Part shown: positions 11,899 through 25,256 of the stretch, piece after piece | Numbering within the stretch: position 1 is the stretch's first letter | How the letters are laid out: every line of letters starts with the position of its first letter | NCBI GenBank assembly: GCA_002189035.1 | Contig: CM007992.1 | Span: 3,038,001-3,102,000 of the forward strand | DNA length: 64,000 bases | Direction of reading: 5' to 3' | Source: Utricularia gibba | Taxonomy: Eukaryota; Plantae; Magnoliophyta | Notes under the pieces: generated by a model | What the model was told of the DNA's origin: nothing | Database searches by the model: none | The model's input: only the letters and a program-made list of their open reading frames with translations | Translations under genes and position numbers: made by a program

Positions 11899-13127
11899 CT
11901 AGTTTTGGCCCTCGCACCTTGGAGCTGCAACCAGGAAAGAGTGCTTCTTCTTAATTTGGCTCTTGATCACATACCATTTTAACCTTGAAATGCATCAGCT
12001 CACCGAGCCCAATGGCTTCCGACCGGTTCACGATTCTGAGTCTGTTGCAGGAAGTCATGAACATTCTGAGAGGAAAAACAGGCAACACGCCATCATCAGA
12101 AACCTGTAAGAAGCATTGCAAAGGGAAGCTAAGGTTTTGTTGGCATACTCCCACGGAACATCTCCCACAAGCATCCAATCTCCGTCTTTATCCTCATATG
12201 TAAGCACATATTCAGTGCCGGAGCTGTTATCGCCTTTGAGTCCGCTGAGGCTCTGGTCATTTGGCCCTGAACAGAAGATTGGTTACATACGTAGACATAT
12301 GATCGAGATTTGAAGGAATCTGAAAGCACAAGTGTGTGTTGTACCAAGAGTAAAGAAGCTAAACATTCCTTGAAGAGTTGCTGAGAGTTCTGCGTAGCTG
12401 GAGAAAGTTTTCAAGTCTATCTTTCTCAAGTATGGAGCACCGTCCATACTGACTTTTATGAAATGATTCGAGGAAGCAGAGACTGGGGAAATTTTGCTTT
12501 TGTTGCTTTGGTGTGAACTTGTGGGCTTACGGAAAGATCGAATTGGTGGCCAGCCAACCACCCGTTCCCTGTTTCAAAACACAGCAGAGCACGTTTTACC
12601 ACCATTTTTGTGAGATTGAAGGTTCAAAAACCATGGCAGATAGTTAATCTGAACTCAAATTCAAAAGAAAAGTATGCAAGCTCATACCTTGAAGCTGGTG
12701 GGAAAGTATCCGCTTCAGTTTCATCCTTCCCATGCCCTGGTTTGTGTGTATTCCCAGCAAAATAACTACCCAGATTGCTGCTACTGCTACATCCTTTAGA
12801 GGGCAAGAATGTTTCGTTTCCAATTCTTGCAAAATCACCATCTTCTTGGGCATCAACAGACGAAACCCACTTGCTAGAAGCATTCATATCATAAAAAAAG
12901 CCCATTTCCCCACAACTGAATCCATCGCTTCTCCTTTCATCCCTCAATTCTTTCCCAAACAGCGAAAAGGACCCACTTCCAATTTTCCTCTCCGGAGACT
13001 CCGATCCCGGCAAACCCAACCTCAGCTCTGTTCCTTTGAGGCTGCGCTCCAATTTCTCATCAGAAGCGATCCCGGGACACGGAGCTGGTAAGCCTAATAT
13101 GTAATCTTGTTCCTGAGATGAAGACAT
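11899..13127 (-). CDS. IAA: Aux/IAA protein (IAA27/IAA8/9-like), 5 exons (13127-12688, 12568-12345, 12266-12149, 12065-12004, 11924-11899)
   Basis: Domain [10 protein letters not shown], degron [12 protein letters not shown], domain [20 protein letters not shown], domain [24 protein letters not shown]|[12 protein letters not shown]. All junctions are GT-AG and in frame. An in-frame upstream ATG at 13172 is an alternative start. Confidence 0.95.
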
Positions 13128-13407
13128 TGAGAAATCTTGGAAGAAGATGCAAGTAAACCCAGAAAAATTCACAGCACAAGAAAGACTCTTCGTTGAGAAC
13201 GGCTCAAATCCTCACTCCAACCGAGTGGACAAAAAGGGGACGCTGTCGATGGAGAAAAAAGAAAAGGTTGTTTGGACTCTTCTCTGAAACACCTTTTCTT
13301 TTACTTTTGCACAGTAAAGCTTAATAATATGAAGCGTAAAGTTGATAAAACTAAAAAGCAGAGAATGATTTATGCCCCCCAAGCAATGATTCCGGTCGCC
13401 ACCACTC

Positions 13408-13505
13408 TGTCGGCCGTCTTCAACCCATGAAGAAGAAGAAACACATCTACTGTAATTAATTCCTTTGTCTGCTGTCAATCGATAACTTTCAACGACCTTC
13501 TGTCA
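13408..13505. promoter_or_regulatory. Cluster of TGTC auxin-response elements upstream of Aux/IAA, including TGTCGG at 13408-13413
   Basis: TGTCGG, TGTCTG, TGTCAA and TGTCAC lie within about 100 bp, about 0.3-0.4 kb upstream of the IAA ATG. TGTCNN motifs are established ARF sites. Confidence 0.5.
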
Positions 13506-14255
13506 CCACGCTTCATCCTTTTTTGTTTCAAAAAAATATTTTAAAAAATTATGTATAAGTTAATAATGAAAATTAGGGAAATTCACCATGTTTTAAAAAT
13601 GGAAATCAATTTAAATTATATTTTTACCAATTCATATATGTATTATTTTTTAACATTTTTAAACCCTAAGATTGTGTTTAGTAATAAGTATAAATGAGTT
13701 TAATTGAAAGATAAAAGTAAATGAATAGTAACTATAAATTATAATTTGGATAATTTATTTCATGACTATGGTATAAAATAATGGGAATGGATAATAAGTA
13801 TAAAATCATAATGTCATGTAATCACTTTATCTCAAATAAAACTTATACTATGTATAATTTATCCATGTACCAAATATATTTTAATTATAAAATTTACGAT
13901 GCACTTGATTAGATTGAATTAAAGAAATTTCCTTATAAGTGTAACTTAAATACAGATTTGTAGCATTTCGACTGTTCAAATGTCATGATGTTGTCTACTT
14001 TAGATGCTTAACTTTTACATAAATTCCATAGGGATCAACATTCTTCCCCAAGTTTATCCTTCTTCAAACTATTTACACGTAAGCTTAACTTTGAATTTTC
14101 TATCAAACAATTTCCGTTGTATTTGATAGAATATCTCGTATAATGAATTAAAAAATATAAATCAAGTGTTTTGATCTGGACTTTGGGCTTATAATAAATG
14201 GGTTATTAAATAAATTGGATTATTAGCTGATTTTAAAACAATGTGCATCTATAAT

Positions 14256-14773
14256 TGATGGGGTATAAATCGGGTGGGGATGATCGGATTTTGAAAGTCT
14301 GTCAAAAGGAGCCCTCACAGGATAACGCCAGTCAGTAGGTCGATATGTGTCAGAAATTTGACAGCGATGGCTGTCTAACACAGTCTGAAAAGCAACCGAA
14401 TTACGGTGGAATAGGAGGTCGATGTTTGAAAAGTAGGGTAATATACCAGGCACAAAAGTAATCAACACCTACAGAGGCGAAGAATCGACTAGACTGGCCT
14501 CCCCTATAAATAAAAGGAATCATGACGGGAGAAGGGATTCGATCCCTAACCTCCCAGTCTGTATATTTCTCCATCATCTCCGTTTAGTAAACATTTTTCT
14601 CCGACGAGCTCCGACACCTCCGTGGTCTTTACGCCTTACGATGGTTTCCATATAAAAAATCTCCGCCTATTTCTATTTTATCCAATCAAATTGAACAGAC
14701 ATCAAAAAAGACACAATACCACCCGCAACTCAAAAATCAGCCCAGTCCGGCATACCGATTTTCACCCGTAACA
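14256..14773 (+). mobile_element. Solo LTR of an LTR retrotransposon (518 bp)
   Basis: Begins TG (tgatgggg, 14256) and ends CA (cccgtaaca, 14773). Flanked by identical 5-bp ATAAT (14251-14255 and 14774-14778). Internal TATA-like cctataaataaaagg at ~14502-14516. More GC-rich than its flanks, with no coding domains. Confidence 0.88.
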
Positions 14774-15107
14774 ATAATATTAAAATTTTGTAATATAATC
14801 ATGGTAAAAGTGGGCATCCAAGTGAAATAGATGGAAAATGGAATGTATAATTGTGATTAAAGCATATATTTGATTTAAAATGAAAAACAAGAAAAAAGAA
14901 AGTATAGTGGAATAACATAAATGGTAAATAGAATAATATTGTGGGGTCCGCTAATCTCAAAACAACAATTGTTAGAATTTATGCAAAGTTTCACTTTTGA
15001 TTCTTGTGAATAAATACTCCACAACCTTTACCCTTACTCAACCTACTAGTTGTAATTAACATAATAATTAGGATTAAATTTGATAGATGAGTGTTGTGAA
15101 ACAACTT

Positions 15108-15387
15108 GTAAGTGTTTATTTATAGAAATGTGATAAAATGAGTTTAATTTACTAAGATTTAAATAAAGTTGATATATATAGATTAATTTTATTTATCCAG
15201 TAGGATTAGAAATGATATTAATTGGTTTTAAGTAAAGTAATAAAAAAGATTAATTTTAAATAAACCAATATAAATGAGATTAAAAATAAATATGTTTAAT
15301 TTCGTACTTATTTAAACCTATCAATTAAACACTCTACAATTTATAATCTTATTTTAAACTCACATAATACTATCAATCAAACACTAA
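15108..15387. mobile_element. Possible Tourist-like MITE (related end also at ~13675-13710)
   Basis: Ends gtgtttatttatag...tgagttt and aaactcaca...ctatcaatcaaacact form an imperfect inverted pair; AT-rich interior; TSD not confirmed. Confidence 0.35.
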
Positions 15388-16150
15388 CTTATATAAAATC
15401 CCAACGAAAGTACATAGAAAAATAATGTTTTAGCGATAGATTTATGTTCTTAAAAAATATTCATAAAATATTATTATTATCCAACACAATGTATCTTTAT
15501 TAAAAAATTTTAAATTACATCAAATTTTTAAATATTAAAGATACCATTTTTTAAAATGTCATAAATATTGGAGATTAATAACAGCAATCACTTGTTTCCG
15601 AAATCACAAGCTTGAGAGCTGAGGATGCAGGCCTGGTCCAAATACGTATAATTGGGCCGGCCCAATTTTATTTGTAGGCTACCTAAGCCCAATCGCGTAA
15701 AAGATTTTGAAAATTGATGTTTCCTTTGATAATTATAATTATTATTAACGAAAATATTTGAATAAGTGGACCCTAATACCGAGGGTGAGATTTTCCGGCG
15801 AGGATTGCGGTTTCTAGTAGCGGCTCTGGGCCTAAGTATTCTTAAATTCCGGCGACAATTCTTTTTTTAATGCGTAGGTGTTTTTTGATTCCACATTAAA
15901 GAAATGATGTGAATGAGATTAGGATGGGAAGATCCGTACCTGTATCAACGCGTTGAAATCCTTTTTTCTTTTTTCCTACTTTGAGGTGTTTTCGGGCAAG
16001 AGTTGAATGTGATATGATACGCTTCTGTTTCATGGCAATTGCAGACAAGTGGTAACGGACTGTGTTTCTTTCAAGTTGTCTGCTCATCGACGGTGCGGCA
16101 TTCAAGTGTTGAACTCAGATCCCTGAGAAAAGCGGGATCTTGCTACTCAA

Positions 16151-18715
16151 ATGACCACTTTCAAGTTGAAATTCCCGTCTAGGTTGCTGCTTTTACCTTT
16201 CCTTTTGTTACTCTTGTTCTCGAGCTTCGTTGATGTTCTATCCGAGACCGATGATGCCGATGATCTGGAGGGCATTCAAGAGCTAATTGCCGTAGACGAG
16301 GAAATTGCAACTGGGACTGCTTCAGATCCCGCTGCCCTTTTCGAGAGTAGTAATTCTGGGAAGAAGTCTGAGGCTGAGGTGTTGACCAAGGCCCAGAGAA
16401 TAGTTCTTGAACTCAACAGTGACAACGTAAAGAGGGTCATTGAGGGGAACGAGTATGTTCTTGTATTGGGTTATGCTCCGTGGGATGGTGGAAGTGCGGA
16501 TCTCATGCCCAGGTTTGCTGAGGCTGCGAATGTATTGAAGAGTCTGGGCAGTGAGCTTTTATTGGCAAAAATAGACTCTGAGAGGCATCCAAAAGCTGCT
16601 TCAAGTCTTGGGATCAAGGGATTGCCTACTCTTTTGCTGTTTGTAAATGGGTCTTCTCAGTCTTATACTGGCGGATTTTCCCGGTAAGGATTGGTTGTTT
16701 TTCTTTGAATAGCATAGTGCAAACTGAAACTTGTGAGTGTAGACGCGGGTGTTGGCAAATTAGTGCTTTCTAGCCATAGCTGTCTTCTTTTGAGATGTGT
16801 TCTGTGCTGATTAGGAATGTTTTATGAAAAGGGAAGAAATCGTGACATGGGCAAGGAAGAAAACAGGGGTACCTATTATTCGAATAAACTCAGCAGCTGA
16901 GGCAGATGAGTTCCTGAGGTGGCATTCTACTTATGCAGTTGGATTGTTTGATAAATTTGAGGTACATTAACATTTTGTCTTGCTCTAGACTCAAAAATGT
17001 GCATTGAAACATTCATTTGAAACTATGTTAGGGCCCTGAGTATGAAGAGTTTTGTAAGGCTGCGGTAGCAGACAGTGAGATTCAGTTTGTGGAACTAAGC
17101 AGCTTGGAGGTAGCAAGAATCATACATCCCAAGGCTTCTCATACCAAACCCCACTTTTTTCTTGTTAAAAGTGAACCAGAGCATTACACATCATTAGGTA
17201 AGTTTGTCATGACAACTCGAAATTACGGTCTTTTTTTCTGAAAAGTGAGTGAATTTTCAAGTTCTCATGATTCTCTATGTTAGTCAAGACATGATGATTG
17301 TAAATTGCAGATGGGAGTTTAACCAAGGAAGGAATACTGCATTTTTTGGAGGATAACAAGTTGCCATTAATCACTATCATGACCGAGCTCAACTCTGCCA
17401 AATTACACTCCAGGCCTGAGAAAAAGCAGGTTGCGTTGAGTTAATTTTACTCAAATTATGTTCTCTCTGTCAGATCTTTCTTTCTATCAGCAATTTATAC
17501 CTTCCATGGAACAGGTGTATTTGTTTACGGAGGCAGAAATCTTGTATAACATTCTCGATCAATGGCGAGACATTGCCAAAAAATTCAAATCACAGGTGAG
17601 TTAATCATTGATTGACAAGCATTTACATATTTATGTCTTTATGCTTACATACTGGTACGTTGCAGATCATGTTTGTTGCTGTCGATGTAAAAAATGACTA
17701 TCTTGCAAAGCCCTACTTGTCTTTATTTGGTCTTCAAGAGTCCAAGGAGACTGTTGTAAGTGCTCGAGTGATTCCCTTTCCCCATCACTTCATCCTTTAA
17801 GTTTTGTCTTTTCTAATGTGGTATAGGTGGTTGCATTCGACTACACAAGAAACACAAAATATCTACTGGAGTCAAGCGCAACGCCTACCAGCATTGATGT
17901 AATTCTCATTCTGAATTCCACTTTATTTCCTTTTTCTTGTTCTAGCATCTCTACCTTGTGACTTCAGGACTTCTGCACCAGTCTTGCTCAAGAATCCCTG
18001 CGCCCTTTCTATAAATCCCAACCTATTCCCGAGAAAGTGAGTTGAACTCCTGAAACTCATAGAGCTTTTAGCACCTTCCACTGTGAGGTTTCTATTATCA
18101 GAAGCTAAGGGCATGTGTACACAGGAAGATGGTAACATCTTGACAGCCGTGGGATGGTCTTTCGATGAATTAGTGCTAAGCAATACTAAGAATGTCATGC
18201 TGGAGGTAAGCTAAGCATCATGTTCTATTATACAAAGGCTTGTCATGGATGTGAACCTTGATAATGTTTTCATTTCAGGTCCACACTCCCTGGTGCATTA
18301 CATGTGAAGCAACGAGCAAGAAACTACAAAAAGTAGCCAAGCATTTCGAGGGCCTGGACAAACTTGTATTCGTTAGATTCGACGCCTCCGAAAACGAGCA
18401 TCCAAGCTTGCAGGTGCGCACCCAACTTACTTTCCAGCGACGAACTCTTCCATTTTCTGCTTCCAAAATCTCGATTGCAGGTTCAAGAGTATCCCACATT
18501 GCTCTTCTACCCTGTACATGACAAGTCGAATCCGGTACAGTCTCTGTATTTTTCCTAAGCATCACCCTCGTCCTCTTGACCAATGCTGGATGCACTCTCT
18601 GTTTACTTGATGTTTGCAGATAAAGCTTCCGGCAAAGTCAACCCCAAAGGAGCTTGCAGTTCTGATCAACAAGTACCTGAAGATCAAACACTCCTCCGGG
18701 AAAGATGAACTATGA
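16151..18715 (+). CDS. PDIL: Protein disulfide isomerase-like (PDIL1-5/1-6 type), 12 exons, ER-retained
   Basis: Signal peptide, acidic N-region, a domain [19 protein letters not shown], a' domain [14 protein letters not shown]-terminal KDEL then TGA at 18713-18715. All 11 introns traced GT-AG in frame. Confidence 0.95.
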
Positions 18716-20210
18716 AGTGTGAACCCCAAATCATGCTGCTGCTGCTGCTATAACCGTGCGTGTGCACTGAGAAAAGTTAGTTTTTGTAGCCGTTATCAAT
18801 GGGTAACTAATGTGGGCTGGAATCGGCCCAATTCCAACCAAGACTTTCAATTGGAAAGTTGGCCTATCCAGAAAGGTGGATAGCTCAATAACGGATAAAT
18901 ACAATCCCAGCCCATTCATAGAATGAGGCCCAGAATTACACACATAAAATGGTGGATTTTGGCGGTTGGAACTGCTGGTCATCGTTTTCAAACAGTGACT
19001 GCGTTTTTTATTATTGGAAGATTGCTGTGAGATATATATGTCTTTTATTAGACTAATTAATTCCACATTGAGAAATAAAATAAAATAATCAATATATAAT
19101 AGATTATTGAATTTAATCCTTTTTATTATAATTTACATTTTTTATATATTTGAATTTCGTGTTTTTCTTAATCCATTCGATCTTTAATTTTAACACTTTT
19201 TGAATCTTCATGTTTTCTTTCAGTGGGAGAAGATGTGTTGACTGCGGCTGTTGTTCCAGCTGATGCTTAAAAATACACAATTTTTTTTCCGATGGCTAAT
19301 GATGGGAATGAGGTGGCTTTGAGTTGCTGAATTTCAGTGTGGATGCGCAGTGTGTGAAAATTATCTTTCTTTTTTGGGTATATTCTTGTTTTTGCTATCA
19401 AAAAAATATGAATTTTCTTACACTGTTCAGTCCCAAACTGTCTCACCATAAACAGGAGTGATAGCTTTCCATGTGGCATTAAAATATATGATGAAAAAAA
19501 AAAATGCAGAGGAGCTGCACTGGTGTGGAATATTGAATGCTCTGGCAGAGCCAGTTCCCGTCTCTGTCTTCAATAATGGTGTCGTGCAGTACATGAAGCT
19601 CCTTATCCCAGTTTTGAAATGGAATTAGTCGTCATTTTAGCTGGAGGAAACCAATTCCAAATAATGCTTTTCTTTTGAGCTTCAAATATGTCCCAATAAT
19701 TCAATGTCTTTTTTTTTTCATTGATTTCAACCTGGAGAATGATTCTCCCTCCGGGGGAATAAGATTTATAGCGGTTGTCGTGTAGAAAATAGTTGAATTT
19801 GTTGGAAGAATCATCTCAACTACCCACTTCTTCTTCTTCTTCTTCTGCTGCTGCTACTGAGTAATTTAACTCGGGTTTTCAACACATCTCTTCGAATCCA
19901 AGCTTTGGTTGCTTTAACGTCCAGCGAGATATGGGGATCGGTTGATTTCACGCAAGATTTACCGCTGGGATTACAACCCATTTATTTCTTTGAACGTTTC
20001 GTCCCAAAAAGAACATATCTTGCTGGTTTTTGTCACGTTGTGTTCATCAGTATGCCACGATTACCTGTATACTAGCCATCTCCTTCTTTTTTCTGGGTTC
20101 TTTTTCTTTTCCCCTTTTCTTTATTCTGGATGCTTGTTTCTTTGAAGGCGTTCTGGTGCCTGACTTCTTTATCTTCATTGTATTGTCAGTGAGTGATTTC
20201 TTCAAGAAAG

Positions 20211-23074
20211 ATGATTGTTTTGGCATTGTTTCAACTTCTTCTCACAACTCTAGGCCTCTTTCCCTCGAATACTGTTGCATTCCCGAGAACTGAAGGTAAA
20301 CTGTCCGTGGATCTGTTCTTGGTTTACACTATTTGGCACAGGAAGCAGTAGAAATGACGCTGGTCTCGTGGGTTTTTGTGCAGTTGAGGCATTAACTTCT
20401 TTTAAGAGAGCAATCTTTGAGGACCCTTTTTTGGTTTTGTCAAATTGGAATCCTATAGACTCAAATCCTTGCAACTGGAGTGGCGTTTCTTGTAGTCAAG
20501 CTGGAGATCATGTCTTAAAGCTGTAAGATATCTCATTTCTGTAATTTTTCTTTACTTCAATCACTCATATGTGACTCTCACACTGCAGCAATGTATCTCA
20601 TGCATCTCTAAGGGGATTCCTTGTACCTGAGTTTCATCTTCTATCACATTTACAAGAGCTGTAAGTTTACTTACAGAATTTGATTTTACATCTTGCGCAT
20701 TGACCGTGCTGGACATCACATCTTTTGCTTGCTAGTATACTACATCAGAATTACTTGATTGGTGCAATACCCAAAGAACTTTGCTTGTTGAAGAATCTGC
20801 AAGTATTGGATTTGGGATCGAATCAGTTAACAGGATCAATCCCTCCTCAACTTGGGAATGTAACTAGCATCAGGAAATTGTTAGTGATCTTCATGAATTG
20901 CTTAGAGTTTACTTTGGCACATGACTTACCTGTTTTTTCTTTTATTTTTTTGGTTGCCTTTTTCTGATCAAGAAGTCATCAAACCAACCATTTGACCGGG
21001 AAAACTCTGCTCGAAACTGGTAACCTGAAGAATCTCAAGGATCTTCATCTTGACAGGAACAAGCTGCAAGGATCTATTCCAGCGGATAGCTCAGTGTTGC
21101 TATCCAGTGCAAAGGATGTGTAAGAGAAAAGTGTTCTTTTAACATTTTTCATGTCTTGTACATGAACTGCATTCAGCCATTTTGAGTCTCAATGTAGCCT
21201 TGAACATTTGACATAGGCGCCCTTCAAAACAAAGCCGAATGGCATTATGTGGTGCCTCGCAATTACAAGTCGTCGACATGTCGAACAATTATCTGGTTGG
21301 ATCCATCCCAGAGTGCTTGAACTATGTCCCTAGGTACTTTTCTGTTGCCAGTATGCTTCAATGGTGTTCTGCTGAGTTGAAACTGAATCAATTCTGGACA
21401 CACCCTTCCTCTATCCTGATGCTTACTGAGCTTCCCTCTCTGCAGATCAAGTTTTCAGGGCAATTGCCTTCAAGAGAAACATCCATTGCAGCGTTCACCT
21501 TCTGTATGCCGTGAGTATTAGATTTATTCTTTGCAGTTTATGTGATTTTCAGGTGCCATAACAAGTTCATAAACCAGGTTCTAAAAGGGGGCCTGTAAAT
21601 GCGAAAAGCAAGCCTGTGAAGCATCGAACCAGAGGCTCAAAACCAGGGTGGCTGCTACCTCTGGAGATAGTGACTGCAGCACTAGTTGTTTCCATCTTCA
21701 CCGTTTCTGTTTTTACAGCAGTTCAGAAATGGAAGGCCACTCGTTCCAACCTCGTACCATGGATGAGGTCTGCTAGTCTTCGTGACTACAACTCTTTTGG
21801 CTCTGGTGAGTTTTTGACAATGCAAAGGTTGAGCATCATCCCTTTGCCGTCGCCATTGAAACCTGCGAAAATGGTCAGATCCCAACGTGAAGGATGCAGC
21901 TAAATACAGCAGACAGGAACTGGAAGTAGCCTGCGAAGGCTTCAGCAACATCATCGGTTCTTCCACAGACCATGTGGTGTATAAAGGCACATTGACTTCT
22001 GGGGTTGAAGTTGCGGTTTCTTCCATCTCCATCAAAGAAGAAAACTGGACAGGGTACAGCGAGCTTTACTTTCAGAAAGAAGTAAGCAATCACCTCCTTG
22101 TTAGACTACAAAGAAAGGGTTGAAAACACTAGTGAGGATTTGCTCATTTGCTTCTTGTTCAGGTGGCATGCTTGATCAAATTGGACCACAAAAATGTGGG
22201 GAAGTTGCTGGGTTACTGCAGAGAATGCCCACCGTTTACAAGGATGTTGGTGTTCGACTATGTCTCCAATGGCACTCTACACGAGCATCTTCATGGTAAG
22301 ATCATCTAAAACCCACACCCTGATAACACTCTCCCTTTCTGTCTCCTTAGTATTTGTAAGAAACTGCAGACGCAGAGGGGTGTCAGCTTTCGTGGCCACG
22401 CCGCATGAAAATAATCGTTGGAATCGCCAAGGGACTGAAGTATCTCCACACAGAAGCTCATCCTCCACTGACTCTGCCTCATTTGAATTCAAGCTGTGTG
22501 TATCTGACTGAAGATTTTTCTCCCAAGGTAACTAACTAATCCCAAGACCATCCTGGTTTTTGCTCAGCATACATTAATGAATGTTGATTAACTTCTTGCA
22601 GCTCATGATCTTCGAGTGCTGGAAAACGATCCTGGCTCGATCGAGGAAGAGCTGGAACACACAAAGCAACACAGTTTCTCATGAAAATGGAAACAAGCAC
22701 GCATTTGGAGTGATGCTGCTAGAAATCATCAGCGGCCGGATCCCCTACTGCAAAGAAAAAGGAAGCATAGTCGACTGGGTAAGACAGAACCACCCCTTTT
22801 TCCACCCTTAAGAACAATGTTGATGGTGTGATCATTACAGGCAAAGGAGTACTTGGAATCAGATGTTCTCACGTACATGATTGATCCGGAGCTCAAGGAT
22901 TTCAGGTATGAAGATCTCAAAGCTGTGTGCCAGGTTATCAAAATGTGTTGCACCAGTTCGGGTTCCGGTTCCGGTTCGAAGCCGATCTCGGAGCTGTGCG
23001 AGATGCTGGAGAGTGGCTTGAGCACAAGCATGAACCCTTCTCTTGGCTGGGCAGAGCTCCAGCTTTCCTCGTAG
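20211..23074 (+). CDS. LRR receptor-like pseudokinase (LRR-VI, At1g63430/MDIS-like), 13 exons
   Basis: Signal peptide exon 20211-20295, LRRNT (ALTSFK..DP..VLSNWN..PCNWSGVSC), LRR exons, TM segment LLPLEIVTAALVVSIFTVSVFTAV, kinase-like ELEVACEGFSNIIGSS, and C-terminal SLGWAELQLSS. Lacks the VAIK lysine, HRD and DFG. Confidence 0.92.
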
Positions 23075-23527
23075 TCTAAACTGTATAAAGCTCACTGGAA
23101 AATGGGGATCACTACAGCGTAGATGGCTTAGTAACACTACTTTGCATGGTAGCATTTGTTTATTCATAAAAAAAAAAAAAAAAGGTTAGGTTTGGTTGTA
23201 TGGACTGGGCTTATAAGGCAAGCGGTCCGGGCTGGAAAATGAAACTTTAACGCCCAATGACTGTTACTATTGTGGGCCCAAACTAGGCCCCTTTGTCCTA
23301 CGGGCTATAGGGTGGTACGTCCGGGTCGGGTTTACTGGCTTGGGCCAAGGAAGAGTCCAAGTTCTCTAGCCTGATGCCGGATGTTCTGTCGATGATTTTT
23401 CAATGTCCGATTTCCGTCTTCTGGGTTCTTTTTCGGATGTGGTTGTTTTGGAGAATCGGTCGAATTTGTGGGGTTTAGCAGGTGCTTTCCTGTGGTTGAA
23501 GTTTGGAAGCCATTCGGAGTTTGATTC

Positions 23528-24835
23528 ATGGGTGGGAAGGGAGGGAAGAAAGCGGCATCAGGAAGCGCACCCGGGTCCCGTATTCGGGGTCCGTTGTCTA
23601 TGAGGGAGGAAGCGAAGGGAAAGAATAAGAGCAATGTCAAGGCTAAGACGATGCTAAAGTTCGATCATCTGAAAAGCCTTGCTGTGTGGGCAACCGAAGC
23701 ATCGATACCTCCACTGGCGGCTTTCTTCGGCGAGCGTGTAGCTGCCATGGCCGAGGCATTGGATATTCGTAGCGACCCGTCTCAGTTTGTTTGTGAAAGG
23801 TATCCCTGTGACTGTCTTGTCTTTATTACTTGATGATTCCTTAAGAATTTGTAGACGTATGTATTCTGTTGTTTATCGCTATGGGGCTTGGAGATTGGCT
23901 GTTGCGTGAAATTTAGCTGCTTGTACATTTTACAATGAGGTTCTATATGTATAACTGAAGTCTCCTCCAATATTCTTGATGAGATTTCATTAGGTATCTG
24001 CAGAAACTAGATTTGTTGAGGGTATTTGAATTGCCTCTGTTGTGTTTTCTTCTCTTTTTTCTTTTCTGGTTGGCTTGTGAATTGGCATTGCTGTTGTGAT
24101 ACTTTTATGCTGGTGCAATTGCATATAGATGCAGATGGCGGCTTACACTTGTTTAAGGTTGTAGTTGTATGTACTTTTAACTATGTTGCTTCCCAAAAAC
24201 TGGCTAGAATTTTCGATTTCAAGTAGCATTCATGTCTTCCTTCTGATTCCTTTTTCTTCAACAGATGTGAAACCATTTTGCAACCTGGTAACAACTGCAC
24301 TATACGTCTCGAAAAAGCCAAGCATCAGAAGTGTAAGCCCAAGAAACCACGCCTCATGACAAAGAACGTGGTTGTTTTCAAATGCCACTTCTGCTCTCAC
24401 CAAAATACAATGAAGGGCACCCCAAATGGCTACCTGAAAGAGATCCTCCCACCAAAACCTACAAAACGTCCGAAATCTAAATCCTTGGTGAGGAATGGCA
24501 CCTCAGAAGCAGATGGCAAGACCGTGGCAGAAGTCGATCCAGTGGCATCTGTTGCTGTTATGCCGGCAGTTGAGGCACCAGAACTTGAGACTTCGGGCAC
24601 TCCAACTCCTCCCCTGAATGCACTTTCGTTGCTAGAGTCGAAGATGAAGAAGAGAAGTAGGTCTCGAGCTAAGAAAGCTGATATAGCAGAATCTAGCTCA
24701 CGTATATCTGCAGCAGATGCAAGCATTCCTCCTACAAGTAAGAGAAGGAAAAAATCATGGATCAGTCTGAAGGAGATCAGTGAGCGTGATGCTGACAAGA
24801 AGCTCCCCATCTCCATTCCATTCATTATTTCATAA
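23528..24835 (+). CDS. RNase P/MRP Rpr2/Rpp21-domain protein with Lys/Ser-rich C-terminal extension, 2 exons (23528-23799, 24265-24835)
   Basis: Spliced zinc-ribbon FVCER|CETILQPGNNCTIR...VVVFKCHFCSHQN; basic NLS-like KRRKKSWISLKEI near the end. Confidence 0.8.
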
Positions 24836-25256
24836 CAATTGAGCTCATCTAGTTTTTTTTTCGTTTTCTGAAAATTTTTTATAGTAAAAAAGCAAAATTT
24901 ACTTGGTTACATATTTGATTTTCGCCCACAAATCGCGTTGTGAAACTTATTTTACTGAGTACGTCATCTGTTGAGAGGAAGTGAGAGCAGTTGCGTTCTT
25001 CTTCTTGACTTACATTCTAGCTTCGTCAGAGAGTCCGAGTTTCGGGAATCCCTTGTCAAGAAGAAATCAACCGGGCTTTATTCCCGGTGGCTTTTCTACT
25101 CCCATGTCTCGATTCTGGGTTTAGTCAAAAGGTGAGTAAAGTATTCGTCCTTCGCTCGCTGGATTGAAATTGCGTTATGGGTTTTCTTTATAATCGTTGA
25201 AAGGTATCGTTGAGTTGTGCATACGTTTCAAGGCTTCATCTTTTTCTTCGGATTGA

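Noticed and set aside
14530-14560. GGGATTCGATCCC hairpin resembling a tRNA T-arm
   Set aside because: It lies inside the solo LTR; no acceptor stem, D-arm or anticodon arm can be built.
21511-21577. Apparent in-frame stops at the start of RLK exon 8 if the first CAG (21550-21552) is used as acceptor
   Set aside because: That intron would be only 42 nt; the CAG at 21575-21577 gives a 67-nt intron and an open frame.
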